Source: Antedon mediterranea (Eukaryota; Animalia; Echinodermata). From it: a DNA stretch of 64,000 nucleotides. Below the pieces are notes generated by a model. That model ran no database searches. It saw only the letters and a list, made by a program, of their open reading frames with translations, and had not been told where the DNA came from. Where the stretch lies: contig NC_092673.1 in NCBI RefSeq assembly GCF_964355755.1, positions 26,223,648 through 26,287,647 on the forward strand, written 5' to 3'. Every line of letters begins with the position of its first letter. Position 1 is the first letter of the stretch. Below are positions 1-11,582 of the stretch, one piece after another. The position numbers and the translations under genes are program-made.

Positions 1-387
1 CACACTTTTCACTTGTTCCTAGATTGAATAGACACTTTTCATTTGTTCCTAGATTGAATACACTTTTCACTTGTTCCTAGATTAAATAGACACTTTTCTC
101 TTGTTCCTAGATTGAATAGACACTTTTCTCTTGTTCCTAGATTACATGGACACTTTTCACTTGTTCCTAGATTAAATAGAGACTTTTCACTTGTTCCTAG
201 ATTGAATACACTTTTCACTTTTTCCTAGATTAAATACACTTTTCTCTTGTTCCTAGATTGAATAGTCACTTTTCTCTTGTTCCTAGATTACATAGACACT
301 TTTCACTTGTTCCTAGATGAAATTGAGACTTTTCACTTGTTCCTAGATTGAACACATTTCACTTTTTCCTAGATTGAATAAAACACT
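1..387. repeat. Minisatellite, ~28-31 bp unit ACACTTTTCACTTGTTCCTAGATTGAATAG, ~13 copies, truncated by the window start
   Basis: Head-to-tail copies directly visible, with small indels. Confidence 0.95.
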
Positions 388-896
388 TGATGTACAGGTA
401 GCTATGGCTACTATATACAGAGTTAGTCCAACATTAGGAAGCTTTTGGTTTGCAATGACCTAACAAGTTCTTGCGATTCATTTTGCACATACAGGACATT
501 TTGGACCTTCATTGCTCTGTCAATATATAGATATCAATGATCTATTTGTTCCTAGCTCCCTATGTAAAATACTAATAATTTGTTGGCTGATAAAAAAAAA
601 ACCACTACTATTCCACAAGAGGATTAATACATAAACTTATATTATGTAAAATATTAGAATATATAAATAATTTAGATAATGTAGGTCAGTTCCAATAAGG
701 TACTCTAGATTAAAAATTAACATAAATCTGACCAATAGGAATGTTTCAAATAGAAAAGTTTGTAAAATATTTTTGTTTGTTTTAATTAATTTATTTTTTC
801 ATACGTATCCAACAGCAAGTAACTTGTCAATTACAGGATGGATAAACTATTTTATATTTATCGTGCTTAGTCAAGCTAAGTCTCTTAGTAACCAAG

Positions 897-1020
897 TCTC
901 ATTTGAGGCTTAGGAAGTGGAATTGAAGGAGTTGTAGCCACCCTAGAACTGCATCAGGATTGAACCCTGGACCTTGGAATTGGCAGGCAAGCATGTTAAC
1001 CACCAAGCTACAGTTCTACT
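897..1020 (-). mobile_element. tRNA-derived SINE head
   Basis: Minus strand A-box-like TAGCTTGGTGG and B box GGTTCAATCC; homologous to 40430-40776 (shared tctcatttgaggcttag and aagcatgttaaccacca). Confidence 0.75.
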
Positions 1021-3398
1021 ACCTTATTTCACCAACTTATGAATAATTGCATGGAATAATTATTGGATTAGATGGTACTTTATTTTGAATAAATATTATT
1101 AATGTCTAAATGTATTTACCTTGTTCAATTACAGTAGGTGAATTTAATTACAGAGTATTTGAGATAATAATTTACTAACATACAAATACTTTATATTTTA
1201 CTGTGTATTTTACATACCATAGGGCCTACACATTTGAAAATGGAAGTGCAATAAATCATCACGGTTTACAAGGTAAAATAAAGCATTTTACAAGGTAAAA
1301 TAAAGCAAAGAAAAATTTTATTTATAAAAATATAGTTTATTACCCCTGCTTAGAAGGTTATGTTTCTTATTTTATTTGCAATAATGACTTGCATTCAATA
1401 TAATAAAATTATTATTAATAATTATATAATTTAAAAAATTATTCGAAACTACACTTCAAACTAATTATAATATTATAAAACTATGTTAAAAATAATAAAT
1501 TTTAATAAAATAGAAAAAAAAATAGACTAAATTATATTAATTTTTTAAATGAAACATTAGCATGCATCATCAAAGACATCTCATGCGATGACAGGAAAAA
1601 TTTGAACAACCAAACATTAGAAATTTAATACTCTAAATATAAATGCTATATTTCAGATTTAAATTTAAATTATAGTTTTTGCAGACAAAATTTGTAATTT
1701 GTTGAAAATTAATGCAAATACTTGTTCATCGCTCAGTAAAACTATTTTTATGTTTATTATATTAATAAAATTTTATAATTTGTCAATATTGCAGATTTTA
1801 TTTCAAATAATGTTAACAAACGATAATGAAAAATGCAAGTATAATTGAATATAAAAAAGACCTCAAAATGTTAAATTGTAAAAAAAACATGATGAATGTA
1901 ATAAACACAAAAATCCAATTGAAAAGTTTGGATCGTAAAAAGGTAAAATTCAAAAAAATATTCAAGATTTATTTTTCTCTAGTTACACTAAACACAGCTA
2001 CTGTACATTGATGAAAATGTGTAAATATAATAAATATACGTCAGGAAATGTTGTGAGTAGTGGTTAAAATAATTTTTAAAAAGTAAACAAACAGAAATTA
2101 ATAAAATTTATAGCCTACATGGCCGACAGGATTGTGCCTGTAAACTCGCAGTTATTTTTCCTTCCACTAGAAACTCTGTCCCGAAGTGTCCCGATCATAA
2201 CTGCGAATTTGGAAATTGACAAAAGAAGATCTTAGTGGAAAATATAACATTTTAATATAAAAAGGATTATTATCAAAATTAAATATTTGGATAAATTTTT
2301 ACAAGAAAATTAAAAATCCAATAACTGTTAATATGAAAATATAAATTTGATTAGAAGAAGAAATATAAAATAAAGAATATACAGAATCGGGAAAAAAGCA
2401 GGGATGATGATAAAATCAAGCCATTTTGTCATGCTTGTTTCAGTTGGATGACAAATACAACACACAGCAAAACCATAAATATGCTAAATGTTAAATACAT
2501 TCTTACAATAAATATATTTAAAATATCCACACATAATCAGGCACAAATTAATATACAAATGTAGCCAGTATTATATTTATAAATTGCACAGGCACAGAAC
2601 AAATTCTAAACCGCTCGGTAATATTCTTAAAAATTATTTAATTTAGAAGTGTAAATATAATTTAGAAATGATATAATTTTATAGATACAATAAAAAGGGT
2701 TTTTCTAAGCATTCTACAATTTTAAAATCTATTTTAGATGGTGTTTATAATTATTTTAAGTACCGTATGTTGTGTTCCTATACAGATAAATCAACTGTAT
2801 AAATGGTTATAGAATGAGAATATATGTTTAGAATTAAGTTATATGTTACTAAACAGCTTCTTTAATATGAAGTACACACATTCTTTGTACAAAAGCCCAC
2901 TTAATATTATAGACATAAATTAATTAAATACTGGTGCTATATATAATCATTACCCATTTAAAGACGCCTTCCTATTGATGTCAGTAACAATTCTAGGCTG
3001 ATTAATAATATTCTAGTTTTTATTTATTTATCAAATAAGAGAATTAACAGAAATGAAGGTTAGTGCTACTTCTTCTAAGTAAAATTTCACATTTACTCGG
3101 ATGAATTCTTTAGCGATTTGTCTACAAGACTAAAACGGACTTCTCTGATAATCTCGAGCTGAGGGCATTCTAGATTCCATTTAATATGTTCTGTCAAGTT
3201 TGATCATTCTTGGATAGTGATTCATCCGAAACTTAAAGCAATCTGATGTGCATAATCAAGAAAAGAGTTTGCAAGGACATACATTTGTTCAAACTCAACA
3301 TGCGAAGGACCGACGATAAAAAATATGTTCAAATCTTTTATTACGTAAACCTCTCTTCCAACAGTTTGTCACTGAAAACATGCACAATATAGAGCCTA

Positions 3399-3660
3399 TA
3401 CAGTAGAGCACCTATGGGACTGAAAAAAAGTATTCCTTTTGATTGGGGTGTCCACTGAATAGAGGTTGGGCATGGTGTGTTATAAAAAAAAGATACTTCC
3501 ATCTTTAGTTTCACATTAGCGTGTCCCCTCAATAGTAGTGCCCTTTTAATAGTAGTGCCCTTTTAATAGTAGTGCCCTTTTAATAGTAGTGCCCTTTTAA
3601 TAGTAGTGCCCTTTTAATAGTAGTGTCCCCTTAGTGTCAATTGAATAGGGGTGTTCCAAA
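3399..3660. mobile_element. Decayed Tc1/mariner-type MITE (TA|CAGT terminus, GTGTCCC..AATAG motifs)
   Basis: Starts tacagtagagcacctatgggac; related decayed copies near 5201-5350, 5620-5670, 16222-16456, 22539-22753, 30190-30360 and 34715-34770. Confidence 0.5.
3531..3633. repeat. Tandem repeat, ~6 x 17 bp AATAGTAGTGCCCTTTT
   Basis: Five identical units plus one variant, inside the MITE at 3399-3660. Confidence 0.95.
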
Positions 3661-6384
3661 TTTATGTTTGTTTTTGTCTGCTTTGCTTTATATGACATAA
3701 ATATATAAATATATTTACAATACTGTAATTTGTATATTACACTAGAAGTCACAGTTTACACTACTTTCGTGAACTTAATATTTTCAGTTGTAACTTTATT
3801 AACCCAAACAAGTATTGATGCAACAAGCAGATTCTCTTATTCATAGTCTTCTCATAGCCTGCCCTTTCCTGTAAACTTCTTCAACATATATCTGTATATT
3901 GCATTACAAAATTAAATTGTGTAATGCATCAAAACAATTTACACAACTTCCTTTACTAGAGAAAATAAAATCTATTCCGGTGTTTGTTATAATGTGTAAA
4001 CAGGGCTGGTTGTCTAATGCATCCGTTTCTCTTCTCTCAACCAAACTCTGGATCAGCTTCGTCCCCAATAAAAAAATAATATTGATTGCATTATATTCTT
4101 AAAGATATATTGTCCCCTTAAAAAATGTTTTTCTAATTTTTTGTTCGATACGCAATTTTAATTTCACGTAATAGTTACTGTATTTACTTTACCTAGATCG
4201 AAAAATGATGTACCTGAAAAAATGTAATTTAAAGCAAAAAATACCTAAATTGTCTGTCAATGTCAGCCAATAGTTTTTGGTTTAAATTAACCTTTTCTTG
4301 TGTCTTTTTATAAGTGAAATAATTATTTGTTGTTTTTTTTTTTTTTTACAGAAGTGAATAATAAAACTGAAAAATGGCCTATTTAAGGTCTTATCTTCAT
4401 TTTTCATGTTTTTGGGGGACAATACATCTCTAAAAAAAAATGTTGGAATCGTACACAACTTTTGCTGTATTCTTCACCCAAGTATCTAGTTTTATAACTT
4501 ATCTGCCATTAGGAATGTGTATTCTTGTTAATCATCTATCTTGCCCGCATTTCTTCTCAAGTTTTCTTCAATTGAAACAGAAACTTGTAAGTACTTGCCT
4601 TCCGTCTCCAATATCTTCTTGTAGAAATTTACCCGATTAATACTCAAAAGTATCGTCATTTTTTTTATATTGAAAATTAGTTATATAATTCTATCATCAC
4701 TTTTCACTCCAAAGAGAATTCATTCTTAACACTTATACAATAAATAAAACAAAGAATATTTTATATTAATCTAACGGTAAACTAGAGGAAACGTAAGTAC
4801 AAGAAATGTGACGAGCGTTGGACTCCCTATAGTTCAATGTCCAACTAACTGTGCCACACGCCCTCACATAGCTCACTTTTCTAGTTTAATTAGAGACCTA
4901 CTGGGACAAAACACTTCATTTTCTACTGTGTACCTAATTCATTCACATATGTGTAAAAGTCACTTCTTTTTTTTCTCTCCACCAGACTAAATGTTATTGA
5001 TAAAACTCTGTTTTCCATCTATCAACTGAATATTAATATCAAATTCACTAACATTGATTGATGATCAACTAAATATATTATTAATCAAACATCTGAACAA
5101 TTTCGTAATAATATTATTTAAATTAAATTTATATAGGAATATTCATCAAGATATTGTTGCTATTAACCGAAATGACTGGCATGGTATATCACAAAGGGGT
5201 TACTGTAGCACCCATATTAAGGAGACACCTTTTGATCACAAATATTTGTTATTAATTACCATTCTGAATATATTGTATTGTATTTCTTGTTGTTTCATAG
5301 AAAAATGTGCTCCTTAATGGTTCTACTATGTAGCTTTCCACAAAATACAGTATGAAATGTATTGAAATGAAAACGTTCATCTGTAATCTACTACCCCTTT
5401 CCCAAATTTTAGTACAACTCTAGGACATCCTATTCAGGGTACTTATGATTATTTATGTATGTTTAGGATTTTGTAAATGGAAATAAAGAAAGGAAAGGAA
5501 CACTTTCATATGAAACAAATGGGAAATGCATTAACATTTTAAAAGCAAGAGCCAGTAGGTTGCAAAATGAAGTTTGCTTCTAAATGGAAGAAGAAGAAGG
5601 AATTTTATAAGTTTAAACACTACAGTCAATTCTTATTCAGGGGACAATTTTGTTTCAAAGGTGTCCCATTAATATGTCATTTGAAATGTGATTATAGGTT
5701 AAATATGGGTATACTTTAGTTATTGTGTATCACTATCAGCACACCGCAAAATTTATTTCTGTATTGGCAGTATGGTGGTCATATGACATCAGTATCAGAA
5801 GATCTCTAATAGTTAGGTCTTCTGATATAACATTAATAGCTTGACTTTTATTGTATTCACCATAAATTATATTGAAAGTTTAATAATCTAGATTTATATT
5901 AATATTTTATATTAATAAATCAAAATTGAAAAAAAAAGATCAACAGTATGTATAGATAATACAAACAATGTGAATAAACATATTGAAAATTAGTTGTAAT
6001 TCTATTCAACAAATATCTCGAGTTTGTATGTAACAGAACATATGCTGTTAACAAACAGTGTACTTACAAATTCTAAACCAGATAGGCAACATATGTTTTA
6101 CATTGATTTTCTTAAAACCATAATAGCAAAAGTCAATATGAATTTGCTTGAATTGTGTGCTGTGCATTTGAATCGACTACAGGTTGGACCATGTGGCTCT
6201 CAATGACGTGGTTCCCAAGCTAGTGCATGCCATAAAACCGGTAGAAAAAGTACAGATACGATTTGATATCAACCCATCTACTGACAAAACGACTATCATA
6301 AATATCTAACTATTAGACAAAGTTAATCCATAGAGCATGTTTCAGGCTTAGATATTTACCAGGATATAAGTTTGGTTTCATTGG

Positions 6385-6524
6385 CCCAGTTATTGGCACC
6401 TTTGGTAGGTATAAACAAACTTACCAATAACTAAGCCCATAATAAATTCAAAACTTCAAGAATTTATTGTGGACTTAGTTATTGGCAAGTTGGTTCCTAC
6501 CTACCAAAGGTGGCAATAACTGGG
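6385..6524. repeat. Long inverted repeat, 65-bp arms with a 10-nt loop
   Basis: 6385-6449 is the reverse complement of 6460-6524 with 7 mismatches and no indels. Confidence 0.9.
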
Positions 6525-8335
6525 TGAAATACAATAATAAAGGCCCTTTCCTTGAGGTAAGAAACCATGATATAGGTAGATTCATAAACTATCCCACTGC
6601 TAGCCAACAAAAAGACTAAAAACTCTCCTAAAATGTTGACACAGTTTTATATTTCAAAAGGTTAAATTATTAAACTGGTAAAATATATACAGGTATTTAA
6701 TTTCTTTGTCGACGAAGTAAAAACTTAAATACTGAACAGAATTTAAAATATTGTCAAATTTTATCCAAGTTAAAACCGATAATCACAGAAGAGCCTTGAA
6801 TGAAAGTACGTGGAATAAATATAAAATATCAAAATGCTACAAAAAAGGTCAAATTTTAACAAGTATCTAATAACAAATGATAGGTGCGGAGGTCGCTGCA
6901 TTTATAAACTTGCTGATTACTTTACTTTTGTGCGACATCATCTGTCCTAGATTCATGCTATTACGGTGAATTTAAAGTTAAACTAAAAGTTAGCGAAGAC
7001 GTCGTATCCGAAAGGTCACAACTCCATCTGTCAGTACTTGATGGATAAGACAGAATCCAAGGTTAGAGTGGTGTCCGTAGTGAGCAGGCAATTTCTGACG
7101 AGAGGTATTTAGTCAAGATTACAGTATTTGTTAAAGGGAGATTATGGAGGATTATTTCAACTTGCCAGCTATGCCCTTAACATTCAGATAAAATCGACAT
7201 GCAGTTTCTGCAAACAAATTCACCTGATTGCAGACTAATGCAAAACACGGTTGGTATTTTATGTAAACTAACGAAACAGCATAAATAAAATACGAACACG
7301 CAAGAAATGAGGTCACAGTCACAAAACAACATTACTACAAAAAATAATTCCAGTAGCAACCAAATCCTCTTTTAAATTACGAGAAATTTGGCTGCGATAA
7401 CCTATCAATAAAACGTGTCTTTTACGATGGACAGATCCAATGACAAAACGGCTTCGGCACTATGAAGCCATTATCATTATTTGTCGTTATTAGGCGGTGA
7501 AAAATGTTTGGAATCGAATCGCCAAGTGGTTTAACTTTGTAATTTATCCTTCATGAACACCGCCCTTTGCAAATTATTTTTATTAAAATTTCTCCTTTTT
7601 TTTTAAATTTTAGTATTTAACGAGTATTATTCTGGCGTTTTGCAAAGGAATGGATTCTTGAGAATGTTCAGGATTGTTTGCTTTATTGAGAATTAGTAAA
7701 TTTGTATCTTTTTTGACATACTTTTCATAGTATTATTAAGTGCCACGGATGTAAATGGTATATATCAATAAATATTATTATTATTCAACATTTAAAACAT
7801 TCTGTAGTTTTTTCTTTGTATTGTAGTTTGGATAATTACCACCTCAAGGAAGAATGTGTGTTAACACTGATTGAACGACAGTATTTCCATTATAACTTGT
7901 TATCATTTAAAGGCGACTATCTTTGGGAAAAAAGGTATTTAAATGAAAAAGTTGTTATTGAAACAGTTTCCTATGTTTTAAAAAAAAAAACTATTTGTGG
8001 AAATTGAATCATGTGTTAATACTAATTTATTCTTTAAAACAACAGGAAGATTCGTGTCGGTTTATGATTTTCACCGACAAAGACTTGGTGATCGAGGTCT
8101 GCCTTCCATTTTTAAAAGTAGCCAATAGTTCTGCCCGACAATGTTTAAATTGAAACAGCACGTGTTTATAATATGCAAAAACTAAAACAAATTTAGTCAG
8201 AATTAATTTTGCTCAATCTTGTCAAAAATACAATGAAAATATAAAATCAGATTAATATTCAATCAGGTCCAAGTATAAATTCAATTTACATGGATTCCAA
8301 ATTTTACAAAACAGAAGTATGCTAGTACACTCTAA

Positions 8336-8515
8336 AGGCCAATTTACACAGATAACAGTAAGCAGAAAAAATGCGTAGCTCCACATGGAATCTGTGTCTA
8401 TCCTCTGCAGAAACCCACCCGTTTTCTACGTGCTTTGATTTGTGTAAATGGTCATAAGCAATTTATAGATTCTATATTTTTATTACCATTACCGCTCGTC
8501 TGTGTGAATTGGCCT
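8336..8515. mobile_element. PIF/Harbinger-like MITE (180 bp)
   Basis: 17-bp TIRs AGGCCAATTTACACAGA / TCTGTGTGAATTGGCCT (1 mismatch), TAA on both sides. Confidence 0.7.
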
Positions 8516-8546
8516 TAATACCTATTTCATCCCTAGCAAAACATTT

Positions 8547-8564
8547 ACACACACACACACACAC
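8547..8564. repeat. (AC)9 microsatellite
   Basis: Directly visible. Confidence 0.9.
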
Positions 8565-9556
8565 GATGCATTTTGTATGGTGTTTGTGTTTAGACGGTGT
8601 GAAAAGGATAGTAATGTTCCAGCAGGCTAAAGATAATCTTGCCAAATGAATAGAGGAAATTGAACCCACAACCTAGTCCTCTCATGGTAAAAAAAGGAAA
8701 AATATATAGACCCATCCATATGCTTGTACACGCGAGTACGAGATATTGTCTTATCCCAGAACATAAAAACAAATGAATTGTATGGAATTCAAACCCAAAC
8801 TCAAAAGTCTCAAATTACAAATATGCAATTTTTAACTGATCTACATGGCAATGTCATACACATGCACTGCATGCATTTATTAGAAGGAAATCTTTAAATT
8901 CAAAAATTATAAACATAAATAAAAAATGAAGAAAATTATGTATGGCATAAGTTATCAACTATGATTGATTAATGTGACGTGTAGAGAGGATGTGTATGTA
9001 TTTTTTACAGTAATTTTAAAATTTCAGTCACATCACAAAAACCGGAAAAAAAGTTGTGAAAATATGATCATTAGTTTAAAAAGAAATTGATTTTGCTAAA
9101 GGTTAAAAAGGCATGTTTTAATTCATTCTGTCTACATGTCTGTATTTCTTTTAATGACAATCACTCTGTATTTGAAACGACCAAAAGATTGCTCTAAATT
9201 GTACTTTTAGTTATACACTAAACACACAAACAAATGCTGTTACAAAATGTCCAAAATTATTTCCACCGGAAACCCAGAAAATTGATTTTATTACCCTTTT
9301 TCTCAGATTATTAGACCCTTGTTTATCTGTGGTCATCGCATTCTACTGTGATTTAGATACAAAGTAACATACCCTGTGACACCATATAAGGTCATAAATA
9401 AATAGTGGGAAAAAAAATAAAAATGAAAACCATGCAATACATTTGAAACCAGTGCTTATTAAAAATATCTTATTCATATAAAATCTTGTTCATGCTTAAA
9501 TAGAAAAACAGCAACCAAAATAAAAGAGGAAAGATGAAGGCATAAATTATACTTAC

Positions 9557-9644
9557 ACAACGTTCCCATGTTGATTAAATGCTGACCTTAGTTCTTCTGT
9601 GGTTATATCTTGATCCAAATCACCCACAAATATATTGAAAAGGT
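9557..9644 (-). CDS. TIA1/TIAL1: TIA-1/TIAR coding exon (88 nt), first half of RRM2 including RNP2 (IFVGDL)
   Basis: Acceptor ttttttctctatag, encodes (N)LFNIFVGDLDQDITTEELRSAFNQHGNV(V), donor |gtaagt at 9556. Phase 1/2. Contained in track ORF 9553..9741. Confidence 0.96.
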
Positions 9645-11197
9645 CTATAGAGAAAAAAATGTAATGATTAAAATAATATCCGGCAAAACTAATAAAAATA
9701 ATATATAATTTACAGCCGCAAACATAAATGCTTTCTCCCACTGTCGATTTCTTTGTGAAACAAAGGGACTACGCAGTTATAACCTTGGCGTTTGTTACAC
9801 GTACAATTTGCCGATATAAAATTACCTCTTATGAATATTATTCCAATTAATATTATGATGATTAGGCCCTTTTATTTTTTTGTCAATAATATGGAGAAAA
9901 ATTTGCAGCAACAAATAGTATCCGGTGTTTTAAAATCGCATGTAGAGCAAAAGGAAAATATAATACATAAAGGTTAAGTCACTGTGGATGAAAAAAAAAA
10001 TATGAGAAAACTCAAGAACTTGCCATAGTTGTGTCTGTATCTACCTTCCACAGTGTTTCCTATATAAATACATAGATGTAAATATTGTTTTGCGTCAAAT
10101 AATAAATCTATCACATCATATTAAACTAACAATTTTTTTTTTTACAAATATGGAAAACGTCAACAGTTCTGTTGATTAATGTTGACAAGGCCTGGCAATA
10201 AGATGTCTTACGACTTGGATCGTCGTCGTCCGACCCAAGAGATGCTGTAAGTTGATTTGAAATCGTCGTCGCATCTTATCACATAGCAATAATGAATAGA
10301 ATTGATGGTGTAACACGATACCAGTGCAGGTTTATATGGATGGAATTAATGGGGAAGTGTAAAAAAAAAAAATAGGTTGATGTGTTTATGAAGATGTCGT
10401 CGGTAATTTGTGTTTGGTGGGATTAAATTGTGTACGCAAGAATGAGAATTATGACCTAAATAAGATTGCTTCGCATTCTCAAATAATTAACACTCTGAGA
10501 ACAAGAAGGGTAATGAAGATTTACATTATTACCATTACAGTAATGAAATAAAATTAAAAGATGGCTCACCACCAACTTTTCACTGCTGTACGATGAAAGT
10601 AGACATGAAATACATTTATTGTTAAAATTTTAGAAATAAAATTGTTTAAACAACAACTAAAATTGTTTAAAATTTATTTTATGGCGGACATTTTAAACAG
10701 TATCCTATAGAAACATAAAACAAAAACAAGTGCCATATTGACCATAGCTAAATGTCTAACTTATTTCACACAATATGGAGAGGAAAAATTAGTAGTCAGT
10801 ACAGTTTCTTTTTTGTTACTTTATACGTAATTTTACTTTCTATGGACCAGAGATTCCGAGATAAAAGATTGCATGAATGAATAATCAATTTTGCACATAG
10901 ATGCGGAGAAACGTTAAAATTGCCATACATCACTTACTGTGCTTATAAATCAACATGAAAACAATTAGGAGAATAACAAGTAATGAACACACAAAAAGGA
11001 GAATAAACGATGGAGAAAAGGATTCCAGAATGAGATTAATACCGTAATTAAGGTTATAGGACGTGGGTCATGATTGATGAGATTATGGGTTTAAATCGTG
11101 ATTAATAGATACTCGTAATTAAACAGCTAAATATTTTAATGATTGTAAATTGACTATAACACAAGGAGAACTACTACGACAAATCCAATGTTTCATG

Positions 11198-11582
11198 TAA
11201 AAATATATTGGGAAATACACAGTCTATGAGTATAATAATCCCATCATCTTCTGCATGACGGTCCCATGATATAATCCCAAAATGTCACACTACTTCAGGG
11301 GTGATCTAAAACAAATTAAAAATATATTGGGATATACACAGTATGAGTATAACTTATTGCGCGGATATAACCCCATCATCTTCTTCTGCAACATGACGGT
11401 CCCATGATATAATCCCAAAATGTCACCCTACTTCAGGGGTAATCTAAAACAAATTAAAAATATATTGGGATATACACAGTATGAGTATAACTTATTGCGC
11501 GGATATAACCCCATCATCTTCTTCTGCAACATGACGGTCCCATGATATAATCCCAAAATGTCACCCTACTTCAGGGGTGATA
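11198..11582. repeat. Tandem repeat, ~3 copies of a 138-bp unit (first copy 119 bp)
   Basis: Units start at 11198, 11317 and 11455; copies 2 and 3 are near identical. Confidence 0.93.

Noticed and set aside
1-387. CRISPR-like ~30-bp repeats
   Set aside because: Head-to-tail minisatellite without spacers.
897-1020. tRNA gene
   Set aside because: A and B boxes are present but no convincing cloverleaf; non-tRNA sequence shared with other copies indicates a SINE.
4040-4075. FFIGDEADP as a Harbinger transposase GDxAYP motif
   Set aside because: Single short resemblance with no other catalytic motifs in frame.
7090-7130. Hammerhead ribozyme core (CTGACGA)
   Set aside because: No stem II followed by GAAA at a suitable distance.
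1-9550. Next TIA-1/TIAR exon (RRM2 RNP1, KGYGFV)
   Set aside because: Searched by eye on the minus strand and not found; probably beyond the window start.
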